Origin: Tubiluchus corallicola
Taxonomy: Eukaryota; Animalia; Priapulida
DNA: 64,000 nt
NCBI GenBank assembly: GCA_030141605.1
Contig: JAQGDQ010000291.1
Location: 167,071 to 231,070 of the forward strand
Reading direction: 5' to 3'
The notes under the pieces are model-generated. The model was given only the letters and a program-made list of their open reading frames with translations, did not search any database and was not told where the DNA came from. Positions 25,901 through 38,100 of this stretch are shown piece by piece. Within the stretch, counting starts at the first letter, position 1. Each line of letters starts with the position of its first letter. The translations under genes and the position numbers were made by a program.

Positions 25901-28420
25901 TGATTGCCAGTAAGATAAGGTTATGCAATTATGCATTTTTAAATTAAAACTCGATATGTATTTCTTTAATTGCTTGTACCTCACTACTTTGAATGTTTAA
26001 TCATTTTCATTTAGTCATTCGTACTTCCTACTTCATTGATAATACATACTTCACAAGCCATAGTTTCATCCTCACATTACAAATTTCACAAAGGTGTTAG
26101 TTAGCTATCATAAATGTTTACTTACATATTAAGTAGCACTAAAGCACAATAATCACCTTAAAAGGTACAATATAAATTCAATTTAGGTGCACCATAATTT
26201 TAATTATAATTTAGCAGTATAGGCCTATTTAGAGGGACTTGCTCTGTTAGCTAGTGAAAGTTAAGAGAGTCGTCCTCGTTGCTCATGTCAGCAGCCTTAT
26301 ATAAACTTTTGCTTCATAAATTAATCTAAATAGTGGGCTTCATGCAATGCATACTTGTATGGTATGGAACCACCTACAGACCTATTCTAAGGGCAAATCT
26401 AAGTTTAACATTCAAGGCTGTATTATAAGACTGTAGTTAAAGAAAATTCATTAATTAGAAAAATGCTAGAGAAATTCAGGAGCGATTTTAGACTAACACA
26501 CAAAATTAAATTAAACTTCGGGAAATATATATGCGATTTCCTGACAGCAAGTAACAGCTATCACATCACAACACATGATACGGTTATTTTGAAACAATGC
26601 GCAAAGATTTTAATTATTCACAGTGAAAAACGACATCGTATTAGAAAGTGATTGTACATTGTTAAATGGGACCTTATGGTGCTTTATTTTTATTGTTTAT
26701 TTATTTCACATCAACACAATTAATATATTAAAAGAAACATCAATAATTCGATGAATAACAAACAGTAAAATACATAATAGGAAGCAAATTTTGGAAAAAA
26801 TGATCTAAACTGTATTTAGACGTAGGTAAACCTATGGTAAACAAAGATAGTGATATCGCTACTTCCTTTAATACTGGTGTCTAAACAACGTTATGTACAG
26901 CATCATTACAAATATACTAACTTGACTCTCAAAACACTGTGGGGTTGAAAGATAAACAAGAGAATTATCGCTGTTGTATGTTGTTTAGTAAATTTGTATA
27001 CAGTTTACTTTGAGCACATAACTAGTTTAGATATACCATAGTTTAGGTTTGCTATATATACAAATGTAAATGTGTTGCGGGCAATCAAAAAGCAGGGCTT
27101 GTTGGAATGTCCCAACGACGATTTTTCAAACGAAAAGTCATGCTTTAAATTTACTTTGCAAAAAGGCTGACAAATGCCAGAGCTAAACAATCTTCATTTG
27201 TCATCAGAAACTAAAGGCCTATACGAAATGTACACAAGGTTTAAACTACGAACATTTCTTCACAAAGCAGCCACTGACGGGCTGTCATAATGAGGGTCTT
27301 TGAGGCATGGGAGAGGCTGTATCTACAGGGTGTTCGGAAAGTCACTGTGCACTTTTCTAATTATGTTTTTTATATTTCAGGTTTGATCCAAATATACTTT
27401 TGATCCAAACAAAATAAAAATGATCCAAGCCTGTATTGATGCTAACGGGGGAGGATCCAAGCCTGTATTGATGCTAACGGGGGGGGGGATCCAAGCCTGT
27501 ATTGATGCTAATGGGGGAGGATCCAAGCCTGTATTAATGCTAACGGGGGAGGATCCAAGCCTGTATTAATGCTAACGGGGGAGGATCCAAGCCTGTATTG
27601 ATGCTAATGGGGGAGGATCCAAGCCTGTATTAATGGTAACGGGGAGGATTCAAGCCTGTATTGATGCTAAGGGGAGGATCCAAGCCTATATTGATGCTAA
27701 CGGGAAGATCCAAGCCTGTATTGATGCTAACAGGGAGGATCCAAGCCTGTATTGATGCTAACAGGGGAGGATTCAAGCCTGTATTGATGCTAAAGGGAAG
27801 ATCCAAGCCTGTATTGATGCTAACAGGGAGGATCCAAGCCTGTAATGATGCTAAGGGGGAGGATCCAAGCCTATATTGATGCTAACAGGGCGGATCCAAG
27901 CCTGTATTGATGCTAACAGGGGAGGATCCAAGCCTATATTGATGCTAACGGGAAGATCCAAGCCTGTATTGATGCTAACAGGGAGGATCCAAGCCTGTAT
28001 TGATGCTAACAGGGGAGGATCCAAGCCTGCATTGATGCTAACAGGTGTCACTTTCAACATTGTTTATAAGTGTCATTCATATTTACCGCCTGTATTCCAT
28101 AATGTAACATGTCTGTTAATACATACTTTCCGAGCACCCTGTATAATGCACGATAATTTTGAGACTAGAACCTTGGTGATATTTTCAAAATAGAAAAGAA
28201 AAGCAAAGTTTGAAATTGTTTCAGTGGAATAAAGACATAGGGTATCTGTTAGACTCGAAACTTACCTGTCAAGCAGTATGACAGTCTGGTAAACTGCAAT
28301 AGATGCACAACCTAACAAAAGCATAATCCATAGCAGCTTAACGATCGCAAACTGAGTTGCAATGATGTTTCTTACGCCGTGTGCACTAGTATGTTCAGCA
28401 AAACTTTTTAACAAAGACAT
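14460..28420 (-). CDS. DEG/ENaC/ASIC-family amiloride-sensitive sodium channel subunit, 12 coding exons, 531 aa
   Basis: Exons (minus): 28420-28266, 25648-25492, 23952-23711, 22962-22853, 22302-22139, 21717-21613, 20120-20009, 18422-18344, 17965-17844, 17651-17603, 16254-16179, 14684-14460; total 1596 nt, phases consistent. Motifs: TSAHG (HG motif), TM1 [36 protein letters not shown], Cys-rich thumb, [19 protein letters not shown]2 [22 protein letters not shown] (GxS filter = GCS). Confidence 0.93.
14819..15797. mobile_element. hAT-type non-autonomous element
   Basis: TIR CATAGGCATACGG / CCGTACTCCAATG flanked by a perfect 8-bp TSD TGGCCAGG (14811-14818 and 15798-15805). Confidence 0.85.
16236..16562. 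repeat. 81-bp tandem array (4 copies) overlapping the acceptor of ENaC exon 11
   Basis: TAGCGA recurs at 16241, 16322, 16403 and 16484 (period exactly 81). Confidence 0.95.
17240..17347. repeat. About 34-bp tandem repeat, about 3 copies
   Basis: GTAGTAAATGTAG...ACACTATGCAAAACAGT repeated. Confidence 0.75.
18109..18267. repeat. (GA)n microsatellite
   Basis: Long GAGA run. Confidence 0.95.
19295..19589. repeat. 42-bp minisatellite, about 7 copies
   Basis: Unit GCATCACCAACTGAAAAACAG(C/T)CAGATTCAGTGA(C/T)GTACA(A/C)A. Confidence 0.95.
19857..20003. repeat. (AT)n microsatellite with a local duplication
   Basis: Two AT runs, each preceded by AATAATTCTTCAAGAAAGATG. Confidence 0.9.
20362..21354. 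mobile_element. Tc1/mariner (pogo-like) non-autonomous element
   Basis: TA-CAGTAGGCGCTGCTTAATAGACTC ... GAGTCTATTAAGCGGCGCCTACTG-TA; 24-bp TIR, TA TSD. Confidence 0.88.
22372..22773. mobile_element. hAT-type MITE
   Basis: CAGGGCCTATTT ... AAATAGGCCAGG with 8-bp TSD AAAATCAG on both sides; GC-rich subtermini. Confidence 0.82.
24873..25351. repeat. Degenerate (TATCTG)n hexamer satellite
   Basis: TATCTG/TGTCTA variants in tandem. Confidence 0.9.
27326..28141. mobile_element. Mariner-like MITE carrying an internal tandem array
   Basis: TA-CAGGGTGTTCGGAAAGT ... ACTTTCCGAGCACCCTG-TA. Confidence 0.85.
27422..28045. repeat. About 30-32-bp minisatellite, about 20 copies, inside the MITE
   Basis: Unit GGATCCAAGCCTGTATTGATGCTAAC(A)GGGGA with a variable G run. 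Confidence 0.95.
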
Positions 28421-30268
28421 TACTGTTTACAAAATCGTACAAAAGCTGACAAAAACAGTCGATATGTGAATTCATACACAACATAAAAATTACACGTTCC
28501 AACAAAAGCGGTGTTCTCTGCACAAATTCAAAGACAAGCTATACAATGACTTCAGATTTTTAAGCAAGGCGCAACAGGTTTTGTCTAGCCAAGTGAAGCA
28601 TATGTGCAAAGATACGCATCATTTTGCTGCCTCTTAGATACAGCTAACTGATTATACATAATAAATAAGAAATGCACACTTCATTTGTCCAAACATACCT
28701 AAATAAATATATATATATATATTTACAATATAGTGAGTTTAGGTAGTTATGCTAGATACCAAACACCATTGTCAAATGACTCTATTCACTGTTTCCAAGG
28801 TCTTCTTGGATACCTAATTGTATGTTTGCCTAGAAGTAATTAATATAAACAGAAAACCTATTCAAACCATAGCACAGGCATGACGGCAGGTGTTACTTTC
28901 TCTGCTGAGAAATAAAAACTGTTGAAAAAGAATTCTACTATTTTTGAAAATAAACCTGTCTTCCTTTAGCTTGTTATATGCACAGAACCAAATTGATTCA
29001 AAATTGAGTTATATGTTAAAGCTTGGAGATTTTAAAAACAACGTCACCTTGGTAACCTAACAATGCCAAGAATATTTCTCTTTTCCGAAAGCTTCTGATG
29101 GCAACAACAACAGCTACACGGGTAATGAGTTTTAGTAGCTAATGTCTTTGTCAATATTTCGTTATCATCATCGTACGCCCGTCACAAACTATTGTAGACA
29201 TTGGGCAGGCAGAATTCTAAAATAAAAGAAATCTGCGTTCAGACAGGTATAAATGCAGAAGTAATCCAGCAAAAAAACTAGACACTGCTACGCCAGTGGC
29301 TTCTCAGCACCACTTCCGTTAAAATATTTCAATAATATGTTGTAAACATGTACTAGTGCATTGCGACAAATTTTCCTGCATTATTTTATTCTCATATTCA
29401 GATGAAGCCAGATGACGTCAGAAGACACATGAATACGTCACGAATCTTAAATGAGTGTGTTGGCTGCTTTAACAACCTGTAACACAGATTACCCTGAGCA
29501 AAAAATTTGAGCAAAGTCATTACAAAAACAAAACCAACAAAAATGCAAAAGAGAGCATTTATTAAAACAAATTAAAACTAGATTTTAATGATCATCAAAC
29601 ACACGAATTTGCAAAACACACTATTGCAAAAATCCACCAGAATAATTTGAATTATAACAATAAGAATTTAAAAATAAACCTTTGAAAAAATAGAATTTTT
29701 GCTACATTTAACAAGCGATTATCAACAGAAACTCACAAATTCAGTTATCAAAATCACGTAATATTTAATATTAATCTCTAAATATTGCACTTATTTTGAC
29801 CAGCTTTAATCATTTTGGTCAATACGATTCACTAACTATTTGCACAGGTAAAATGATTACGTGGCTATGATCAGATTTTGATACGACAACAACCAAGTAA
29901 ATTACACGTGCACTGCAACTGAATGCTGTAATTTGGCTTTCAGTGTTCTAAATTGTAATAAAAACAATTCCTAAAGGCAAATTTTAATACCTAAATAAAT
30001 GGGTAATCAGCTAGTATAAAAACGTAATAATGATGAAATTTCTGAACTGTTAGTTACAAAAAATAGATTTATTAGTTATTAATCAGCCCTAATCACTGAG
30101 ACTACAAAGCAGAAAGTGGACTAGTGGCCATCGCACTGGACTTGCAACCAGAAAATTCCTAGTTCAACCACGACTTTTTCACATTTCACGTTTGTGTAAT
30201 CACCATCCATTATCCTTCTTCCAGGATGAACAAGTTGATACTCCACCCATGTTAACAAGTCAAGAGTA

Positions 30269-30782
30269 CAGTAGTACCTCTGTTTTCGACCATAATTCGT
30301 TCCTAAAAAGTGTTTGGAAACAGATTTGGTTGAGAACCGAATCATTTATTCCCATAAGAAATAATGTAAAAGCAAATAATCTGTTCTCAAGCACCAAATG
30401 AACTGTAAAGTATTACTAAAACGAAATATAATAATGCAACACTGTTTATGCAAACAGTAGATATGATGTAATTGATAAGAAAAACATAACAGAATTACTT
30501 TGAAAGAAAAACATAATTGTTCATGCATAAAAAAGCGGAGAAAAATAAGCGTAGAAAGCACTTAGCGATGTTAGGCGATTCAAATGTTGTGTGTGACTAC
30601 TCTCGGGCGTGGTCGGTTACGCTCAGCTCTACTCGGCTGGCCGTGCATGCGTTCATCACGAGTTTGGCGGTTGGTCGAGTACCGAAATTCTGGTCGAGAG
30701 CGGAGACAATTTAAGCTCTAATTTTCTGGTCGAAAACCGATTTTTACGAGTACGGAGACACTTGACAACAGAGGTGTGACTT
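30269..30782. mobile_element. Degenerate Tigger/pogo-like MITE
   Basis: TA-CAGTAGTACCTCTGTTTTC left end; degenerate right end ACAACAGAGGTGTGACTT-TA. Confidence 0.5.
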
Positions 30783-30905
30783 TATACTGAAGGACCTATT
30801 AAACTATTACAAATTCAAACTTGTTTTTGGCAAATCTTATGACTATCACGTCTCACAAAAGACAAATCATTCAATTTCAAACTGCTTGCTCCTGCTACAC
30901 TTACA

Positions 30906-32097
30906 TCAAAGTTGTGAAATGCGAAGCTGAAATTCCGAATGAGAAAAAGGGCAATCCCATTCATTGTCCAGAACTAGCTTGACCGCAATGCGACCCAGCT
31001 CATCGCAAGACTTTGCACCATAACCATTCATAGCTATAGCCACACCGTAGCCTGGTTTGATCAAGTCAATATAAGGTCGTTGAGTTGAAGTTCTAGTGAG
31101 CAAACATGCAGCTTTCGTTACTGGCCGTGATGCCAAATCTGTAATAAAAATTTTTTAATATAGAACTATAAACTATGAATTTTCACACATCAAAATACAA
31201 TATCAAACACATTAATAAACTTTAAATAAAATAATTTGAGTAGTGCGAGGTGAGTGTATGACCATACGGTCATTAACACACTCACCTTACTTAAATGAAA
31301 AAATGATTATAGTTATGCATGCTTCTGTAGATAACTTAATGTAAATAAGGATGAAGCAAATGATGTAATAATAGCAATGGTATAAGAGCAATAAACCTGA
31401 AAGTTGAGAAAGGAAAACATAATATGTAATTACCACTTTGACTGAGCCTTAAAGAGTGAAAAAAATTTTTTTTTAAATAGTTACGAATATGAATTGTGTG
31501 ATTATCTGTCAATGCACCACTTACTTGTATTACAATGCACCATATTGCTTACTTGTATATACAACGATATATATATATATATATATATATACTCAAATTT
31601 AAGTGGGAAAGAAGAGATTAAATTATACATTATACTTGTAATTTTCGTATTTGTACATTATACATTATACTTGTACAGTATTCCTAATCATCTTATGTAA
31701 AAATTAAATGCAAAGGCCTATTTGATGTTACGTTAAAATTGTACTAAAACCGAAAAACAACATTTGAAATCGATTAAAAAACAAAACAAAAAGTGCAATT
31801 ACATGTTCGTACCATTCAAAAATGAAGCAAAGTTAAGAGTGATATGCTTACCAGGTAGAATTCTCGCAATTTCAGCAGAGAGAGCTCTCAAAGCATCTTC
31901 AGAACCACCAGAAAGAAACCAATTCCGTATCTCCTCAAGGCTACTTAATGGTTCTTCAAAATTAGACGCATGCCCAATTTTTGCATACGTTTTTCCTATT
32001 AAGTATACAACAAGAAAAAAACAGTTTTTTAAACAGTTATTGACAATAACTTAAAATTGCTAAATCAAAAAACCTTAAGTTTAACATTTCATCAGTT

Positions 32098-32136
<39 letters not shown>

Positions 32137-35100
32137 CTTTATTTAAAGTCGGCTTTTAGGTCAACAATTAACATAAGCTCAAAGAGTTATTATCGGCGAC
32201 TGTAAATAACAACCTACAACTACATAACAGAGACTATTATTACCCCATTTTTACTCTAAATACCACGAGTCAGGCAGGGCAAAGCAGGTACCATTTTTAA
32301 AGTCTTTGGTATTACCCGGCCGCTGGTTCGAACCCAAGACCTCCCAGACGGAAAGCAGACGCATTACCACTAGACTAAACCGTCTGGTCGAAAGATTGTA
32401 ATTGTATTGTAATTGCATTGTACATTGTAATTGTGAAATATTACTAACACCAATTGTAACTCACACTAACCATTAGTAATATGTTGTTATTTTTCTCACT
32501 ACTAATTCTAGTAGCATAAGCTAGCTTCTCAGGTCTCTAGTGCAGAATTCATGCTTTATATCGTAATTTTGTATTAACAAGAATTGATAATCAATGTACT
32601 TGTAATGCATAAGTATTTGTTTATTGCAAAATAAATCTATGGAATTGAAATTGAATAACATTTCCTTGTGTTGTGTTTTGTTTCTCTCGGAAGGCTCGTA
32701 CAGAAAACCAGAAAACACTTCATCAAATTAAACTAGTTTATTAAGCGAGAATTCTACAACACAAAAGTATAAAGGAACGCGAAATGATTACAGTAAACGT
32801 GAAAATCTGGAAAACGTTTGAGAGTATCTGAAAATACAAGTATACAAGAGAATGTGTAAGTGGCGTCCGTGTAAAATCTGTGTGTCTCTCTCAGCGGCCT
32901 GCTTCGCCTTATATAGGGTGCCAGGGAAGCTTCTAGAAGTTTCTTTCCAGAACATTCTATACGGTAAAACGATTATTCTAATGGAACATTCTACAATGTT
33001 CTATTTAATTCTAATAGATGCCAGCGATCTCCACAACACCTTGGTTAATTAAAATTTATAAACGAAACTTTTCAATCGTAAGCTGTAGTTTAACACACGG
33101 ACGGCATATAGTAAAACTACGGCACACTTACCATTGGGAAATTTTATTGGAGGTAATATAGAAGCTCTGTGTTTCAATCTTTCTTCGTGTGTTAATTGTT
33201 CTTTCTGCGAGTCTGCTAACTGCTGAGAGTATATGATGCTAGGACAATTCCTAAAATTGTAGAAAAAATAAGAAATACTATAAAATACTGGAAAAATTAA
33301 AGTGGTAATTAACAAAAAATTAAAGCAGTAATTAGAGAAATTAAAAGATTGAAATCAGGTGAAGGACACAGTATCATGGCAACTCCTCAGCTGCTTGGGG
33401 CAATTATGACTTACGAACAGTATGATAAATTCTACTGTTCAGAAGTAAAAACAAAAAAATGACCCACCAAAAAGAATAAAGAGATTATAAATAAGAAAAA
33501 AAAAGTTTCTAATTAGATAAAGAATAAGCATAAGTGACCATTACACTGCTATTAAGAGTTACTGACACAAAAACGTTGTTTCAGAGTTTAAAATATAGAA
33601 TGAAGAAACTAAGGCAACAAACACCTCAAGAATCACGATAAATGCCTTAATAAACGAAATGTGTGCAGACATTCAAAATGCAATACAAGAATACTTGAAT
33701 CTTTCCTTAGTCGCTTCATCTTCAATCTCTACAAATACCACAGTCCGCTTGATGATACTATAAGCCGGTTCAACTCCAATAGGAAGGAGATTTTTAAATT
33801 TGGCAAAGGCGCCAGCGGCAACAAGAACTTTTCTGGCATTAACTATTTGTCCACCGTTCAGAAGCACATTGTAAGTACCGTCAGCAGATTTATTGACACC
33901 TTCTGTAAAAGATGGAACATCTAATTACAGGTGTTCTCCTGTAAATTATAAGAAGAGCTGTTTTAAGTGAATTAAGTAGGTTAGTTGGTGTGGAATGCCT
34001 AAAAAGTCAGTTAGGTTAGGCAAATCTGCTCAGTAATGTAAGAGCAATATGCGTAGGATTGAATGAGCACTGTAAGCTCACTAAAGATGCTTAAACCAAA
34101 AAACCACATAAATTTTCCTGCATAACAAACACTTGAAAGAGAGATAGAGGAAAACTAAAATCAGTCTTAAACTATAGTTCAAAACAAAGTAACCTGCAAA
34201 ATATTGAAACAGAACATATTGCTTTTTAAGAATGACTTACCTAAAATAATTTCTACCACAGAAACCTAGATGGAACTGGCACATGCATCTCGGAAACATG
34301 TTGCTTGAAAAACAAGAGCTGTACCTCTCAGTTCAGATGCGGTTCAGTTGCGATGTAGCGCACAAGTTTAGGAGCTCATGTGTGAACACATCGTTAAACT
34401 TGAATTCTAAATTTTTAAGCTTAAAATGTGTGCCACACTGAATGTTGCACTGCACTTCAAATTGCTCTTTCGCGAAAACATGCAACATCTCGTGAAACGT
34501 CATTCTATTGAAAATTGTGTTCAGTTGACGTAAACACTATACGGACTCATTAACTAAATTTATAACCTGTTATTAAAATTATCAGAAACACTTTGGCATG
34601 AGTAAAAATGCAAACTTCTACAGTAGTTCAACAGAGCAATGAATGTGTTTTTAAACGCTCAATGGTCCTTTTGAATCAAAGGTAAGCAATAACAAAAATT
34701 TAGAATATCAACTAACAGTGGTGACACAACACTACTAATAACTCACCAACTATATCATCAACAATGTCACATCCCTGTAGACAAGCGATGGTCTGCTGAG
34801 CTGCGTTAAGCTGCCGGGGGGAACAGTGGCCACACCCTTGTTTGGTGAACAATGCGCCACAATCGTCGTCAAAGTTCAGGTATGGAAACTTTACTTTAAG
34901 CTCCTAGAATTGCAAAATGTAAAAAAAAGTTCAAAAAGTCTGCACTAAATGCACCAAATTTTATCAGTGGGCTTTCACAGAATTTTCGGCAAGCTGTATG
35001 TGTATAAATTGTTCACATATAGTATAAATCATTAATGTATACTGAAGAATTCATAAGATTTATGACCTCAAAAGTAAAAGTACTACATTAGCATATCACA

Positions 35101-38100
35101 GTTATAAGAAAATTAAGCAAAATTAGGCAAATATACATCGTAAACTACTTGACAGCAAATTTTGCACACACGATGAACATGCACATTACTAAGATAAGAC
35201 ATCCTACTTACACCAGGAGAAAATTTCTCAAATGGAATGTCCTGTTTAACAGCTGTTTCCACTACTGGATCATTCAGCAAGCTATCAGTAGGTATGACTT
35301 CTAACATCCCCACTTCTGTAAAGAACTTTATTCCTAAAAACAAAATTAACAAATTACACATCTGCAAAATTTATTCACCAAAATTATTGTAGATACATAT
35401 ATGAAGCAATAAAATACATAAAAGTTGTAGCTAGCAATAAAGGAACATTTGGTAATATGACGCTGATTTCCCAATTTTAGTTGACGAAATTTTACTAAAA
35501 GTAAAATTTTGCTACATTAGGTAACAGCAAGTAAAAGACCCATCCTTAATTACCTTTAAATAGAGCTAATAATACAGTAAGTTAACAGACTTATTGATAT
35601 TTGGGGCTGAAGCAATCAAAACTTTTCATGGTAAGAGGTCCTAGATAAACTAGATATGTATTACTTTCGAATTAAAAAGACGTAATTAAGAATCCTTATT
35701 TATTCTTATAATTATAAAAGGAAATTAATTTAACTGCTAATTGCGCAGATTGAATACAGATTTGAATAGCTTAATGATTAAGCTAAAACAAGTAAAAAAA
35801 ATTAATTTAAAAACACTGAAAATGTAAAAATCGTACCAGATTGCTTTTCTATATCAGTGTATCTTGCTGCAGATTTCTGTGCCACGTAAGCCCAGAATGG
35901 ATCAGAATCCGTAACTCTGCAGACCCGTCCTTCATCGTACCATGCCCCAAAAACATCTTGTTCAGTGTAGCACTGAAAAGAGGAGCTATTAGGGTTCAAA
36001 TACTCATTCAATAACTGCAAGAAATTATTAAGGATATCACAGCATGACCTGCACAGCTTTTAGACAAAACTTGTGTACAGCTACTTTGAAAACACCATAC
36101 CTTTAAACAGCAAGTTTCAAGTACATAAACGTAATTAAGTAAGTATTGCATGAATACTTTTTACAGCATACAGATAGCGTGTGTGTGTGTGTGTGTGTGT
36201 GCGCGTGTGAGGGTGCACATGCGTGTGTGTGTGTGTGCGCGTGTGTGAGGGTGCATATGCGTGTGTGTGTGCGTATGCATGTGAGGGTGCGTGTGAGTGG
36301 GTGTGTGTGTGAGGGTGCATATGCATGTGAGGGTGCGTGTGTGTGTGTGCGAGCGTGCATGCATGTGTTCCCAAAACACATACATGTACTACGTTTTACT
36401 AAAACACAAAAAAGAAATCACCAATTTTCTCTAGTGATCAAATAAATTTGTTAAGTTTTTACACACAAAAACAGATATGAGAGAAAGTAGGTTACAATAT
36501 TGTCTTTTAAAAAGTAGGCCACATTTAAAATTAAAGCCATTTTCAGTTACAGCTTATAATAAAGGTTTTTGCGAATGAAAATCAAGAACTAACAACGCAG
36601 CATTAAGTAGCTTTCTTCCTTTACCAAATATCACTTCTATAAACATATTCCTATTGCATTTTATTAGCAAAGCCTTGAAGGTGTAACTACCTAAGTATGA
36701 GAAGCAATCTTTCTTGCAACGGTAAAACATGCTCAGAAGGGGCTGATTTGGCTGCTGTGTCGAGATAATGACGATCTAAGTCTTTCAAAACACTGTCAGC
36801 TAAAAGCACCAATACTCAAGGGGGTCACTGCTGTATGGAAGCACTGCCTCCATCAAATATTAATTTATTTCTGATCCAAGATCATGCCATTCGTCTTCTG
36901 CTGTCGTTTCATTTGTTTTGCTCTTTTTCTAGAAATTAGTCTTTTCACAGTTTCAGTGATTGATGCAAATCGTGAAAAGGTCGAAGGTTAAATGTATCAG
37001 ACAACGCATTTGTGTACACTTGACAATGCCTCGCAGCCCCAGCTATTGTAATAGTAACAGTTTTAACATCTAGCTAGAATCTTACCTAGTTCATTTTTTC
37101 TTGTTTTCAAGCAAGATCCAGCTAGTAAATCACTCTACGCACAGATTAATGCATAATTAAGTAAGGTCTATGTAAAACAACTGAAGTCACTGAACTGATG
37201 GGACAGACTGCTTTTTTTACACACATGTGACGTGACGATTGTAGTTAAGACGTGTTGTTGTGGTACACTTAACCTTTGACCTGGAGCAACTGCGCATTCA
37301 CACAACGAAACTGTGAAAAGACTTATTAAATAACTTTAACTTATTTACCTGAACCTCAGGACTGTTTCCTGCCTTGTTTTCTATGCCAAAATTGTTTTGC
37401 TATTTGATGCTACATGCTGAATAATGTTGTTTGTTGTATGACATTGGTCTTCAACCTTTTTTAATGTCGTCCACCCCTAGTGGTGATTAAGCAGAAGCTG
37501 TCCATGCCCCACAGCGAAAAAGTCTCATTAAAGATCTCACGTTTTTAGTATTTAAAATCTATGTTTCATATCTCATTTCTATGACTATGGCAACCTCGAT
37601 GTTACAATAGGTAAATATGCATTTGTAGTATGTATTTTAAGAAATATAGGAGAGAGAGAGAAAGAGAGTCTCTTGTATATTATACAGACATGTGCAGATG
37701 AGGATCTCATCCACCCAGTAGTCCACCCCTAGACAGCTGTCCACACTTCACTTAATCTCGTCCACCCAAGTTGAATAGCAATGTTGTATGAAATAGTTTT
37801 TTTAGTCTTTGATTATCAGCGATTTTAGTTTAAAATGAGGATCCAAAAAATGTCAAAACTCAGTAATATATAGATTGTAACCACCAAGAATGGTGTACCC
37901 AGTCGATCAACAGTTTCTTCAAAAGCTTGGCACTGGGTCTTTAGCTTTTGATACTTTCAATTCCAATTAATCTACTTACACAGTTTTATTAATTATTGAT
38001 TTTTTAACAGCAGGATGTATAGTTATTCGATTCCTATTGTAAAACGCAAAAATAGCAGTATAACTGATAAGAACAATTATTGTTCTGTTTCTTTAGCTAA

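Noticed and set aside
32320-32388. tRNA gene
   Set aside because: A and B boxes are present but no full cloverleaf; it continues into a SINE body and tail.
33661-33924. Plus-strand ORFs conserved in both oxidase loci (also 45154-45435)
   Set aside because: Antisense shadows of the near-identical exon 5.
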